The position numbers were made by a program, and so were the translations under genes. This document shows, piece after piece, positions 37,105 to 51,656 of a stretch of DNA of 64,000 nucleotides; position 1 is the stretch's first letter; the number at the start of each line of letters is the position of its first letter. The notes under the pieces were generated by a model, which was given only the letters and a program-made list of their open reading frames with translations, had not been told where the DNA came from and made no database searches. This DNA comes from Octopus sinensis. Taxonomy: Eukaryota. Where the stretch lies: contig NC_043009.1 in NCBI RefSeq assembly GCF_006345805.1, positions 10,416,001 to 10,480,000 of the forward strand, written 5' to 3'.

Positions 37105-37510
37105 GCTGGCAGAAACGTTAGCGCGCCGGGCGAAATGCTTAGCGGTATTTCGTCTGCCGCTACGTTCTGAGTTCAAATTCCGCCGAGGTCGACTCTGCCT
37201 TTCATCCTTTTGGGATCGATTAAATAAGTACCAGTTACGCACTGGGGTCGATGTAACCGACTTAATCTGTTTGTCTGTCCTTGTTTGTCCCCTCTGTGTT
37301 TAGCCCCTTGTGGGTAGTAAAGAAATAGGTATTTCGTCTGTTGCTACGTTCTGAGTTCAAATTCCGCCGTGGTCGACTTTGCCTTTCATCCTTTCGGGTT
37401 CGATAAATAAAGTACCAGTTACGCACTGGGGTCGATGTAATTGACTTAATCACGTTGTCCTTGTTTGTCCCCTCTATGTTTAGCCCCCTTGTGGGCAATA
37501 AAGAAATATA
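37105..37510 (+). mobile_element. SINE-A dimer
   Basis: Junction AAGAAATAGG|TATTTCGTCTG at about 37330. Confidence 0.88.
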
Positions 37511-38294
37511 TTTACAATAAAAATAAGTGTTTTTTTGTTTAAAAGAAAAACTCAAACAAAATAGTACTGATATCTGCTAATCGATAAAACAAAGAAACAT
37601 TTCAGATCTTGCTGCTCACTGCGCAAATAACGATTTTATATCGGTCGGTAGATACAAGCACTGATTAGAAAAAAAGCTTGTTCACTGAAATTATAAACAA
37701 AACCACTAGATTGTTTAGGCGCAAAGGTTCGGATGCTTCTGGCTAATGGTATACGACATGCCGAAACACCCATATCACAGAATCCCTTGTACCAATGTAG
37801 TGAATGTGTTATGAACACATTTTCGCCGTAAAAGGGAAGAGTTGTTCTCCTGAAACGTACACAACAGCAACTAACATATTTACAGTCGAGTCTGCCGTAT
37901 GTGTACAGTGCAATTAACATAACTGTTACTGGTTCAAAGGTGACAGAGATTATTCGTCACCCAGTTTAACACCACTATCCAGTTCGAGGGTACCTTTAGT
38001 GATGTCCACTATGTTGCAAGCCCTTGGGTCAGGAAAGTGACCTAGGTATAACTTTTCCACTTTTGACGATGCCATTAAGAAATGTAAAATTCCATATTGG
38101 TCATATATAGGATGACGATGACTTGGCAAGCATTTGAGAATGCCGCTCATTTACTTTCGTTGTTTTGAGGTCTGAGTTCAAATCCTACTGAAATGAAGCG
38201 AGTCTCCTGTATGTTTCCAACTTCTTTCCCGCACTCCTTGTAGGCATTTTACTTCTAGGACCTAAGATAGACTGTCTGCGTAAAATAAGGATAT

Positions 38295-38701
38295 TACTCT
38301 TTTTACTCTTTTACTTGTTTCAGTCATTTTGACTGCGGTCATGCTGGAGCACTGCCTTTAGTCGAGCAAATCAACCCCAGGACTTATTCTTTGTAAGCCT
38401 AGTAATTATTCTATTGGTCTCTTTTGCCGAACCGCTAAGTTACGGGGACGTAAACACACCAGCATCGGTTGTCAAGCAATGTTGGGGGCAAAAAACACAG
38501 ACACACAAACACACACATAAATATATATATATATATACGACCGGCTTCTTTCAGTTTCCGTCTACCAAATCCACTCACAAGGCTTTGGTCGGCCCAAGGC
38601 TATAGTAGAAGACACTTGCCTAAGGTGCCACGCAGTGGGACTGAACTCGGAAACATGTGGTTCACAAGCAAGCTACTTACCACACAGCCACTCCTACGCC
38701 T
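38295..38701 (-). mobile_element. SINE-B, full length
   Basis: Complete from the AGGCGTAGGAGTGGCTG head to the AAAAGAGTAAAAGAGTA tail. Confidence 0.9.
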
Positions 38702-39449
38702 ATATCTTATCTTGTTATTACTGTTTTGTTAATAATAATGATTTCTTCTGCTTAAAATAATGCACACGCACGCATACATCCTAGACTGTATCACGAAAGT
38801 AACCACAGAGCAAGTAAACCTTCCGATCGGAGAGGTATTGGGTTATTTAAGCTGTAGGGAAGATATGCAGATGTGTGAATATGTTTCGATGTAAAGATAA
38901 TCACCATTTCGTGAATCTTTCTGTGAGTGCTTGCATGTGTGTGGATATACGAGTGTTTAGCTGCATACATCTCTCTTTCTTAATCTCAAACGTAATTAAC
39001 ACACGTACGTACATATTTTGCTTGGTGTACGGATATACGTGGCTGTAACGGAAAATAAAAGCCAAACCTGTTGAAGTCAAATATACATTAAATACTAAGG
39101 AATAGAATAATTGTTCCTGTATGAATTTCCGTATGGAAGTGATTTAAACAGCGAATTGTGCCAACAAGGAAGTGGAAATAACATTGTACCATCCCCATAA
39201 ATAATTAGTTTAATTATCTCAACTCAATCATTTACTCTTCTAAAACGGTTAAAGGTTAAATCTAAGAATCACTGCCGGAAGTAACATAATCCATTACACA
39301 TTTAAATGTTCACTCGACATCCAAACAATTTAATGCTATGGCAACTTTACGGACATAAATAATATTTCAAGAGAAGACCGTTGAATGAAACCAAATATGG
39401 AATATATAAATGCGATATGATCGTGAAATAAAACATCTTCGACTGCCCC

Positions 39450-40145
39450 CAGAAATGGGTTACCTCTATCTTTTCCACCGTTGCTATAATGGCTTCTGCT
39501 CCTTGGAGGCGATTGGACTCCTGTCACATTCGTCTCTCTTCCTCACATTGTCGCTTATGATATCAAACACCGGCCAGGCCCCGGACTGGTCAAACTACGT
39601 CTCTCTGTCGTTGAACGTCGCCACTCTCGTACTTCTTCCCAGTTCGTATCTTTCTCACAAGTACAAACTTGGGATCTTTTCGGTTTGAACGGCAGTTTTT
39701 AACATAATTTCTAGGTAACTAAAAAATTTTAAACTTCGTATACTGGTAGAATGTATTTATAAAACATCTTTTTCTCTTGGCTTTATTGAGAAAATTCTAT
39801 AGTTTGTAAGATATTTGTTGTTTTTTTTTCTTCAATTTCTGCAATTTCAACAAATCACTGATGTCTATTGAGGTAAAAAAAAACATTCTGTGCCGTATGA
39901 ATATGTCCCTCGTTTAAGAAACAGATTGGGTTTATTTACATTTGTAAAGAAAAAAAGATATCCTTCTCCCCACCCCTAACCCTAACCAACCATAACTAAC
40001 CCTAAACCCTAAAAGAGATTGAAATGCAATAGATCGATACTAGGGTCATAATTATGGGTGACAATTTCATATGACACCGCTAGAAAAAACTGCCGTTCAA
40101 ACCGAAAAGATCCCAAACTTGCAAACGTTCAAAAAGAACATGGAA
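39450..40145 (+). mobile_element. Old L2/Crack/Daphne-like LINE ORF2 C-terminal relic, interrupted by a MITE
   Basis: LYLFHRCYNGFCS ... TL..LPSS..Y resembles the LFYRYYNGFCS..LWNSLP..YNL..FK type of C-terminus. After removing the MITE the frame continues NLQTFKKN (one-base shift). Confidence 0.5.
39672..40113. mobile_element. MITE / non-autonomous DNA transposon, Merlin-like termini
   Basis: Perfect 29-bp TIR GGATCTTTTCGGTTTGAACGGCAGTTTTT (39672-39700 and 40085-40113), GG..CC ends, and an 8-bp TSD CAAACTTG (39664-39671 and 40114-40121). 442 bp, non-coding. Confidence 0.85.
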
Positions 40146-40361
40146 GAAGAGTAGTGACATCAATCTCACCGGCTTCGGTGAGCGGGAGTTGTGAGACCCA
40201 TGGGCACCGAGCCTTTGTCCAGATACAGAAAATTAAGATAGAGAAACAATCTGCTTACCTTACTACTACTTGTAGTAATTGTATTAGTACCAGAGCTGGT
40301 GATGGAATGGTATTGTAATAACAATTACAATACGTATGTAAGTGTGCGTATAGGCGCAGGC

Positions 40362-40957
40362 GAAGGCGGCGAGCTGGCACAAACGTTAGAACGCCGGGCG
40401 AAATGCTTAGCGCTATTTCGTCTGTCTTTACGTTCTGAGTTCAAATTCCGCCGAGGTTGACTTTGCCTTTCATCCTTTCGGGGTCGATAAATTAAGTACC
40501 AGTTACGCATTGGGGTCGATGTAATCGACTTAATCCGTTTGTCTGTCCTTGTTTGTCCCCTCTGTATGTAGCCCTTTCTGGGCAATAAAGAAATAAGAAA
40601 CATTATCACTTCGGGCGAAATACTTAGCGGTATTTCGTCTGCGTTACGTTGTGAGTTCAAATTCCGCCGAGGTCGACTTTGCCTTTCATCCTTTCGGGGT
40701 CGATAAATTAAGTACCAGTTACGCACTGGGGTCGATGTAATCGACTTAATACCTATGTCTGTCCTTGTTTGTCCCCTCTGTGTTTAGCCCCTTGTGGGTA
40801 ATAAAGAAATAGGTATTTCGTCTACCTCTAAGTTCTAAGTTTAAATTCCGCCGAGGTCGACTTTGCATTTCATCCTTTCGGAGTCGATACTGGTGTTGAT
40901 CTAATCGGCTGGTCCCTCCCACAAAATTTCTGGTCTTGTGCCTAGAGTAGAAAAGTA
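40362..40957 (+). mobile_element. SINE-A trimer inserted at the head of a SINE-B (40961-41360)
   Basis: Single 13-bp TSD TATAGGCGCAGGC at 40349-40361 and 40958-40970. Confidence 0.88.
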
Positions 40958-41406
40958 TATAGGCGCAGGCATAGCTCTATGGTAAGAAGCTTGCTTTCCA
41001 GCAGCATGGTTCCGGGTTCAGTCCCACTGCGTGGCACCTTGTGCAAGAGGCTACTATAGCCTCGGGCTGACCGAAGCCTTGTGAGTGGATTTGGTAAACG
41101 GAAACTGAAAGAAGCCCGTCGTGTATATATATATATATATTTATGTGTGTGTGTCTTTGTCTGTGTTTGTCAGGCCACCATCGCTTCACAACCGATGTTG
41201 GTGTGTTTATATCCTCGAAACTTATCGGTTTGGCAAAAGAAAACCGATAGAATAAATACTAGGCTTGCAAAGAATAAGTCCTGGGGTCAATTTCTCCGAC
41301 TAAAGGCGATGCTCCAGTATGGCCACAGTCAAATGACTGAAACACGTAAAAGGTTAAAGGGCTAAAAACAAGCATTTATGCATGCGTACACAGATATTTA
41401 AGCGCG

Positions 41407-41502
<96 letters not shown>

Positions 41503-42107
41503 GCAAAATGGGAGAAGAACGCAAAACATCCGGACAGCTAGGTGATACAAAAATGGGACAACAAAACATCCAGATAGACGATACAATGAAAACAAGGACG
41601 GGCCATTCAAGTTTTCTTTCTTCAGTCAAGCACCAGAATATCCTCGCGATTTCGGCTGATTATACTTGAGATTGCTCCAATCTGGCCAGTGTGTGTGTGT
41701 TTGTGTTTCTTTTAATGATCAACAATAATAACTGTTTTGCATTAATCTGATGGGTACTCTCTACTTCTGTAGAGTATGAATTTATTATTCTTCAGCAAAA
41801 ATATTATTGATAGTGACTTCGCAGTTTCTGCCAGTTAAGTCAGTGTCCGATTGCAAGACACATACGCACGCACACACACATATCTATCTACCTATATATA
41901 TATATCTATCTTCCTACATATATATATATAAGGTTGTAATGGACGCAGGTTCGTGTGTCATATAGCTAGCTAGAGGCGATGGAATCTTGGAGCTAATCAG
42001 CGACAGCTTTAGTCTTATATTTATAGACTGCCATATTAGTATGGCGATAACTATTAATATCCAGTAACGCTGCCGTAATCTCCTTTAGAGAGACTTAGTA
42101 ATTTTAA

Positions 42108-42178
<71 letters not shown>

Positions 42179-43321
42179 GATGCAACTTAAAGTATCTTGA
42201 GTAAGTTATCAGTAGTTAAAAAAGACAAAAGGAGAAAAAATAACATTATCGAACAAGCTGTATTATAAAATTCACATCTCGATACTCGCAAAAGACATAT
42301 ACATGCAGTAAAAATGAAATATGATATATGTGCGTATATGTGTGTTTATATGTGTATGACCGTGTGCGAGCGGGTGGATACATGTGTCTGTTTATGAGTG
42401 CATCCAATTTATGTGTGCGTATATGATTGGTGAGTTTTAGTGGTTGAATGTATAACAAAATTTCTCTTACTTTATGGACAGTTTTCCGTTCCGATAAAGG
42501 TTGTGTGATGCTCTCCTCCTTCTAAAATAATATATTTTTATCCAATATCCGGGAAGTTCTTTATAAATCATTTGTATTGTCTTCGTCTGTTTGCAAAACA
42601 AAACAAAATTTGAGGCATTTCTTTTGGAATATATTCATCATAAATATAAACAGAGTACTGATTTATAAAAAAAATGTATATTAATGTCAGTAGAATAAGT
42701 GTATAATTATTCCATGGAGTTATTTTTATATTCGACTAACGCTTTTCTTTAACATTAAACTAGAATTTTGCAAACATTCCTTTGTGAGAAAGAATAGCAT
42801 GTTTTCCTTTCCTTTTTATCGCATTCGATTTTAAAAGTGTAGAATTTCGGATCAAATTCCTTGCAATATTTGATAACATTTCTTTACGTTTTCAGCTCAA
42901 ACCTTTCCCTGGTCAACGTTTATTTTTAATCTCCAGTAGATGGACATAGTTAAGATGTCGTTATATAAAGAGACCGAATTAATCGACTGTATCTTATTGG
43001 CCAAATGTTCTAGTCTGGTCCAAATGGTAGTTAACTAAATCAATTATAACGGAATGCAGTGTCAATGACCGAGAGACTAAAATGCCGGGGCTATCATTTT
43101 AAATACATCATCAACCTTGATAACCTAATTATGGGCATGTTCGAATCCTACCAGGCTGGACATTTTATAGTTTCCAATAAAATTGTGAATATTGATGAAA
43201 TAAGCAATCCATATAATACTGAGGTTCCGTCAATCAGTCAGTTGCATTTCGGTCACAAAATACATCCATTGAACGACACTCATTATTTCAAACAAAAACA
43301 GAATACCAAGATACACATATA

Positions 43322-43357
<36 letters not shown>

Positions 43358-45083
43358 ATCACATTTTTAAATGTTTTGCTGTTGTCTTTATTTATTCATT
43401 GTAGAGATATCAATAATATTTCTGTTGTTTCAATACCATACTTCGCCCAGTTCAATTTCTGTCTCGCCCATCAACATTAAAAATCGTTGAAAAATCGTTG
43501 AAAATACGCAACAATAATTTATACACCGCTTTCTTTGAAATAAAATTTTAAAATCCTTATGCAATTTCTAAACTCTCACTGCCTGATGCTATCATAACAG
43601 AACTATTTTTTTCTCAGTCGTTGTGTAAATATGAAAATATTGCGAAGCTTATGAAGTTTTCTTTCGCTAGATTTTTGTTTATATGTTTATATGTTTGTTA
43701 AGAATTTCCTCTTTGAGTTTTGGTTTCGAAGCCGTGACAAAATCAAAATAAAATAATTAAATAATTCTTTTCTTTTTTTTCTTTCTTTTTTTTTTTTTTT
43801 TGCAAATATATGAACGTACTGTCAAAGTTCTATACTTTCCTGCTTGTTTTTAGCCTCTTATTTCATAATCCACAATTACAGACTTTAAAACAAAACTGAA
43901 ATTCATTCTTTACACTGACGCAATGCCTGTTAAGTCACCAAATACAAGCTATACTATTTTTAACGTCTTGGTTATTGCTGTAGCTGTTGATATTATTGCC
44001 GATTTTAGTAGTAGTAGTAGTAGTAGCGTTACTGGTACTCTCCAAAGGAATTTTGGATGAGGTGAGTCAAAGATTAGAAGAAAATAAAAAAAAAGGAGAA
44101 AGTTAATAGTGTAAAGATAAAATTAAATGCATGAAATGAGTATGTGTGTATATGTTTTTGTTATTTATTATTGTTGTTGTTGTTGTTGTCGTTGGTATTG
44201 CTGTGTTTGCATGAGGTGTTAGAGAGCAAGGAAGCAGTCAACGTGGCTAGAAAAATTCTACCTTAGTTATTATGTGACGACATTCTCCAAGAAAAGAAAC
44301 AAAGCACAACAATCAAAACAACAACAGCAACAACAGCAGCAGCAGCAACAACAACAACAATAGCAACAACAACAGTAAGAACACGTTTATAGCGAGGCAC
44401 ATAACATTAGTCTCGATGAAGAGGGACAGCAATAGGCAATCAATGTTTCTAGGAGCTATAATTAGATATCAGAGCATGAGTATATATTGTCCTCCCTCTG
44501 TGTTGTGTACACACACACATACACACACATGCACACATGTATATGTATATATACTATATACGAATATGTATGTATGTATATATATATAAATATATATATA
44601 TGTAAATATATATTTACATATATATATATACATATATCTGCGTATATGTATATATATATACATATATCTGTGTGTGTTATATATACACATATATCTGTGT
44701 GTGTGCGTATATATATATATATATATATATAACACATATATATACGTATACATATATACATATATATGTGTATATGTATATATACTATATACGAATATGT
44801 ATGTATGTATATATATATATATTATATATAACATACATACATACATATACACACACACATACATACACATACACATCCACACATATATATATATATATAC
44901 GTATGCACGTACGCACACACAAACAGTAGATAAACAGGCAGATATAGAGATAAAGAGAGAAGAGGAAAAGACAGAGAGAGAGAGGAGGATGAAGAGAGAG
45001 AAAGAGACATTAGAGCAACACTTTGAAAACAGCAACAACAACAAAAGCAAGAAGAAAACAAACCAAAAGGTTGAAACATGAGA

Positions 45084-45136
<53 letters not shown>

Positions 45137-45487
45137 TTGAGTGAACAGTGGGTTGTGGGACGGGAAGGGTTCACAATTTCTGCGGTCAGGCAAATCACTT
45201 TGAAATTGTGTGATGAAGTAAATAAACACAGCAATTGCTTACAATGTCACCAGACTACCACCCAATTGTAGACGTATGGGCAGCGGTAGAAGGGGTGTAG
45301 CGGCGAATTAGTACATCGAGTCGGTCACAGCACATACCGTTGTTGTTGTTGTTGTTGTTGTTAGTGTTACTGTTGTTGACATTTCGACATACGTATGTCA
45401 GTTCTGATCAAATAGTCATACGATCAATGACTTCCAACCGTGACCATCCTTTATGTCCTTTTAGGCGCTTGTTTAATATTATTTATT

Positions 45488-45652
45488 AGACGTAGACATG
45501 GTTGTGTGGTTAAGAAGTTCGCTCCACAACCATGTTGTCTCGGGTTCAGTCCCAGTGTGAGGTTCCTGGGGCAAGTGTCTACAATTATAGCATCCAACCA
45601 ACCAATGCCTTTGAAGTGAATTTTGTAGACAATTCTCAAGAAGCCCGTTCTG

Positions 45653-45723
<71 letters not shown>

Positions 45724-45730
45724 GTCTATC

Positions 45731-45792
<62 letters not shown>

Positions 45793-46260
45793 ATAATGTG
45801 TATAATTTCAGGAAACTTTTTTATTTTTTCATTTTTTGCTTGTTTCAATCATTGAACTGCGGCCATGCTGGGTCTTGAAAAATTTTATTCGAACAAATCC
45901 ATCCCATTACATACTTTTTGAAAGCACTGGTACTTACTCCATGGTGCTCTTTTTCTTAGCCGCTAAGTTACGGGGACGTAAACAAACTAACACCGGTTGT
46001 CAAGGGCGTGTGGATGGAGGCCAACACTGACACAGAGACACACTCGCTCACACACACATACGCATACATATGACGGGTTTCCACACGGTTTCCATCTACC
46101 AAATTCTTTTACGAGGCACTAGTCGACCTGGGGAGCTGGCAATAATGCCAAAAAAAAAAAAGAAAAGAAAAAAAATTGTTCAAAGCACTGCACAGCGGAA
46201 CTGAACTCAAAACCAGGTAGCAGCTAAGCGAGCTTCTTAATCGCATAGTCATACCTGGCT
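45488..46260. mobile_element. Two degraded SINE-B copies in opposite orientation around a (TATC)n tract
   Basis: Plus-strand head at about 45490-45650; minus-strand copy at about 45835-46260. Confidence 0.6.
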
Positions 46261-46559
46261 ACTATTTCTAGCATACTGTACATCCACATTGAAACCTTCC
46301 TCACTGACACGTGTTTTCTCAAGGTGCTTTATCTAAATAGTGCTTACTGCAATTTTAGAGACTGACACAGTTGAGTAATGGAGGCACAGGTGTAATGATA
46401 CACCTGAGTAATGACCGAGTAATGTAACCAGAAATTAACACGAAGGTTACTTGAATCTGTCAGAGCAGACAGCTTATTTAATATTGGACAATAGCTACCT
46501 ACCTTCGCTGCTGGAGTTCACCTGCTTGTTTTGACGACTAAATTAACGTTAGACTTTCT

Positions 46560-46598
46560 GTTGTGTGTGTGTGTGGTGTGTGTGTGTGTGTGTGTGTG

Positions 46599-46636
<38 letters not shown>

Positions 46637-46886
46637 ATGTATGTATGTATGTATGTATGTATGTATGCATGTATGCATATATGTATATATGTATGTATGT
46701 ATGTGAGTGTGTGTGTACGTACATACGTATGTATGTATGTATGTATGTATGTATGTGTATATGTATGTATGTGCGTATGTATGTGTGAATGAATGTGTGT
46801 ATTATGTATGTGTGTATGTATGCACGTACGTATGTATGTATGTATATATGTATGTATGCATGTATGTATGTATGTATGTATGTATG

Positions 46887-46917
<31 letters not shown>

Positions 46918-47050
46918 TGTGAGTGTGTGTGTACGTACATACGTATGTATGTATGTGCATATGTATGTGTGTATGAATGTGTGTATGAATGTGTGTATTA
47001 TGCATGTGTGTATGTATGTACGTATGGAAATATGCGTGTTCCTATGTCTA
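46560..47050. repeat. (TG)n/(TATG)n block with an internal duplication of about 216 bp
   Basis: GAGTGTGTGTGTACGTACATACGTATG at about 46705 and 46921. Confidence 0.9.
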
Positions 47051-47291
47051 TGTATGTGTGCATATGTGCGGTAAAATTGTGAGAACAAACAGGTATTTGA
47101 AAGAGAAAGGAAGAGAGGGAGAGAGAGAGAGAGAGAACAGAGAGAGATAGTAGGGTAGAGAAAGACATAGAAACACAGACTTAGTATGTGTGTATATGTT
47201 TAAATAATGAAATGTATAGAGAAAATGAGTAATGAAGAGTTAGATACTGAAAGAGTAACTGAAACCAGGAAACATAGATAGGTAGATAGGT

Positions 47292-47404
<113 letters not shown>

Positions 47405-47643
47405 TCAATTAAAGGGTACAAAAAATTCAATAGAAATTTTTTTCGCCACCAGCGGTCCAGTGAGAAAGAGAAAATAGTCACAGACTATATATATATAATT
47501 TCAACAATATAAAGGAATGGCCCTGAGACGAATGGCCTACCAGGGCCATTCCATTATATTGTTGAAAAAAAAAAAAAATATTATATATATATATATTATA
47601 TATATAGGAGAGAGAGAGAGAGAGAGAGATAGATAGATAGATT

Positions 47644-47700
<57 letters not shown>

Positions 47701-47744
47701 GAGACAGATATACATACAGAGTTGAGAGTTAACAGCGATGCATA

Positions 47745-47812
<68 letters not shown>

Positions 47813-48764
47813 AAAGAAAGAAAGAAACACAGAAAAAGAGGGAACGTACGAAAAGTTGTTCAGGAAATAAGTTTATAATAGAGGAAGTGAATGAAGTTTT
47901 CGATGATTTGATAGCTCAAACCTGTTTCAAAACCATCATGGTGTCTGTGTTCTTGAATTTAGCCGAAAGACCTTATATATTTCAGAAAGCTACGATTGTG
48001 CCAGAGCTTATGTAACTCTAATTTTGTAACAAGTCCACAGCAGCCCGTTTATTACGCTGATCTACCATTCAAGCCCAATACTATTGTGATGATGGATAAG
48101 AGACGATCATGTTGAGCAATACATAGTGTACATCTTTCATTGCTGCATATTATGTTCAAGCTTTTATTCTTTATTTTTCGAAATTCCATTGCATTTTTTT
48201 TTTGTATTTCTACCAGACCACAAGAGGGAAACCGCGCTTTATGCTATGAATAAGTTACAAGCTAATTTCACAATCAATGCAGGTAATTTGTAAACACCCT
48301 AAACCTTTCGGTAACGGACCTAATTTCTGAACCCATGTGAATTTACAAAGTTGGAGTACTCGAGAATTCGCATAAGGATTAAAGAAGGAGTGATAGTAGT
48401 GAACTGTCTAACCCCGTTAGCTTTTCCCTATCCTTTCTCAACAGCATTTTGCTATTAAATTCTTGTTCCCATTTACAGATTTCAGATGCGTGTTATACCC
48501 TTTTAATCCCCACCGCCCCAGAAAAAAATTCTCCTTGCCTTAATTAGTGTTAATGTTTTTAATGCTAGGGTCAATGAGTTTGGAAAGAGATTTACATTGT
48601 CTTCTGTTAGCATTGTGTTTTTGCTTTGATTTATATTCTAGCATAGCGCCCTGATGAAGGACATAAACATTTCGCTTAAGGAAACTGCAAGAGCTTCGGC
48701 GTTGGTTGCAAACGATCGAATTAAAATTAACTACTTTCCATTCAATCAATTGTGACCCTGATAC

Positions 48765-49680
48765 ATAATACATACATACATACATACATACACACATACA
48801 TACATACATACATACATACATACATACATACATACATGCATACATACATACATACATACATACATACATACATACATGCATACATACATACATAAATACA
48901 TACATACATACATACATACATACATGCATACATACATACATACATACATGCATACATGCATACATACATACATAAATACATACATACATACATACATACA
49001 TACATACATACATGCATACATAAATACATACATACATACATACATACATACATACATACATACATACATGCATACATACATACATACATACATGCATACA
49101 TACATACATAAATACATACATACATACATACATACATACATACATGCATACATGCATACATACATAAATACATACATACATACATACATACATGCATGCA
49201 TGCATGCATACATACATACATGCATACATGCATACATACATTCATATACATGCATACATACATACATACATACATACATACATACATACATACATGCATA
49301 CATACATACATACATACATACATAACATACATACATGCATGCATACATACATACATAGATACATAGATACATCATAACATACATTATGCATGCATACATA
49401 CATACATACATGTATGCATGCATGCATACATACATACATGCATACATACATACATGCATACATACATACATACATACATGCATACATACATACATGCATA
49501 CATACATACATGCATACATACATGTATGCATGCATACATACATGCATACATACATACATACATACATGTATGCATACATACATACATACATACATACATG
49601 CATGCATACATACATACATACATAAATACATGCATATGCATGCATACATACATACATACATACATACATGCATACGTACA
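48765..49680. repeat. (CATA)n microsatellite, about 900 bp
   Basis: Directly visible, with CATG and AATA variants. Confidence 0.97.
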
Positions 49681-50604
49681 TATATATGAGTGTGTATGTA
49701 TGGATGTTTGTATGTCTGTATATATATGGATTTATATACATGTGTATACATACAATACACAATATATATATAGGATATAACTGCATACTCACACAGACAT
49801 ACACACCACCACCACCACCACACATTAAAGTAAGAGAAAGAAAAAGCAACACATTTGACACCACTCGAAATAAACATTTAATTTAGATAGAGGATATAAA
49901 TATTGAGAGCCTCTTACAACTATTTCTGGAATGGCCAAGCATGTGGATCATGATATTGAGTGAAGATTCCAGAAGCTGGGGATACCGTCACCAGCGAGGG
50001 AGGAGTCAGAGAGATATAAAAATGAAGACATATCTCCAGTCGAGGATAATAGTTTATTTCAGGTTGTCGAAAATGAGGGAAGGATCAGAGTAAGATAGGT
50101 ATAGAGTGATGTAGGTATACGTACATGATCGAATGAGTAATTCAATTTCAGGTAAGGTCCATTCGTAGTTTCGAATGAGAATGGTTAGAAAAAGAAGCAG
50201 AAAGGGACGACGGAAGAATTTATATAAAAAGCACAACGGACGCAAATATGCTCAGCTCCTGATCGAATATCACAGTTTCTATTCATTCCGACAATATTCA
50301 ATTTGGTGGTGTCAGCGACGTAAGTTGATGAGGCATAAATGAGTGGACAGACGAACTTATACATAACAGACGAACAAATACAAAGACAAATATAAAAAAC
50401 GGGCCAAAGATCGTAAGAGAATAATGTGTAGAATGGACTATACATAAATAAAGTCGGTTTATAAGGAAAATAGGAAGAAGAAATGAAACGAAAAACTTAG
50501 GAAAGAACAGTAACAGAAAAAAAAGAAGGCTCGAACGACACAAATAAGTATACTCGTATAAAACTTGAGTGTGCTCCTTGTTTGAGATTAAGAAAGCGGG
50601 GAAA

Positions 50605-50800
50605 CTCTTACTCTTTTACTTGTGTCAGTCATTTAACGGCGGCCATACTGGAGCACCACCTTTAGTCGAGGAAATCGACCCCAGGAATTATTCTCTGTAA
50701 GCCTAGTACTTATTCTATCGATCCCTTTTGCCGAACCGCTAAGTTACGGGGACGTAAACACACCAGCATAGGTTGTCAAGCGATGTTGTGGAGGGAGAAA
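50605..50800 (-). mobile_element. SINE-B 3' half
   Basis: TACTCTTTTACTTG..GGAGCACCACCTTTAGTCGAG..CCGCTAAGTTACGGGGACG. Confidence 0.85.
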
Positions 50801-51013
50801 CACAGACACACAAACACACAAACACGCACACAGAGATTACACAAAGATTATGTTACATGCATATATACACGTATACGCACATATACACGATTCACACACA
50901 GACATCAGAAGAAAAAGAAACAGATACTAATAAAGACTAACACAAACGTAAACAGGCAAAAGCATATACACACACAGGCACGCACATAGACTTACCCATA
51001 TAAAGATACATAG

Positions 51014-51061
<48 letters not shown>

Positions 51062-51656
51062 ACACACACATACACACCCACACATGCGCGCGCACAAGCA
51101 ATTTCAAAAGCTGGAAAATTGTCATCATGAATTATAACGTTGAATATTTTAATTGTATTGGAAATGTTGTCCTGGATGTCATCAGGAATGCAAAAGATGC
51201 TTCCATTCTTCGCACTGCCAAAGAACATTTCCATAATTCAAGACAATTCTTACTTTCAACTGTTCCGAGTCAATGAGGGAAGCTCTTCGGGAGCGCTCGA
51301 TCAATGTACCAAAAAATAGCAGCCAAATCTCTCACGAGTTATATTATTGTCTTAAAAACTGATGAATATAAAGGACCGTATAACCTGATGCACAAAATGG
51401 AAGGATGGTCATGACTAGCACGCCTTTCATTATAGGTCTGCATGGACCAAACGCTCTATTAGCCACTGAACATACTCTAGTATATCTATAAATGTATATA
51501 TTGGTATATGCAAAATAAATGTGTACATCTCTACACTTGAAGGTGGAACAACACGCACTGTTGGATTTTGTCTTTGATAATAATTTCTCTAAAGAAATTT
51601 CGTGTTTTTTCAAAATGCATGCTCTAAATGATGTCAGCAAACTATCAGACAGCAGT

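Noticed and set aside
37636-38150. Short minus-strand ORFs in non-repetitive sequence (also 29119-29400, 43059-43358, 50992-51234)
   Set aside because: No motifs, convincing splice context or similarity that I can recognise.
39974-40012. CCCTAA cluster as an interstitial telomere or fusion site
   Set aside because: Only a few degenerate units, and they lie inside a TIR- and TSD-bounded MITE.
48645-48700. CCCTGATGAAGGAC.. as a hammerhead
   Set aside because: No stem II complement before the next GAAA and no stem I.
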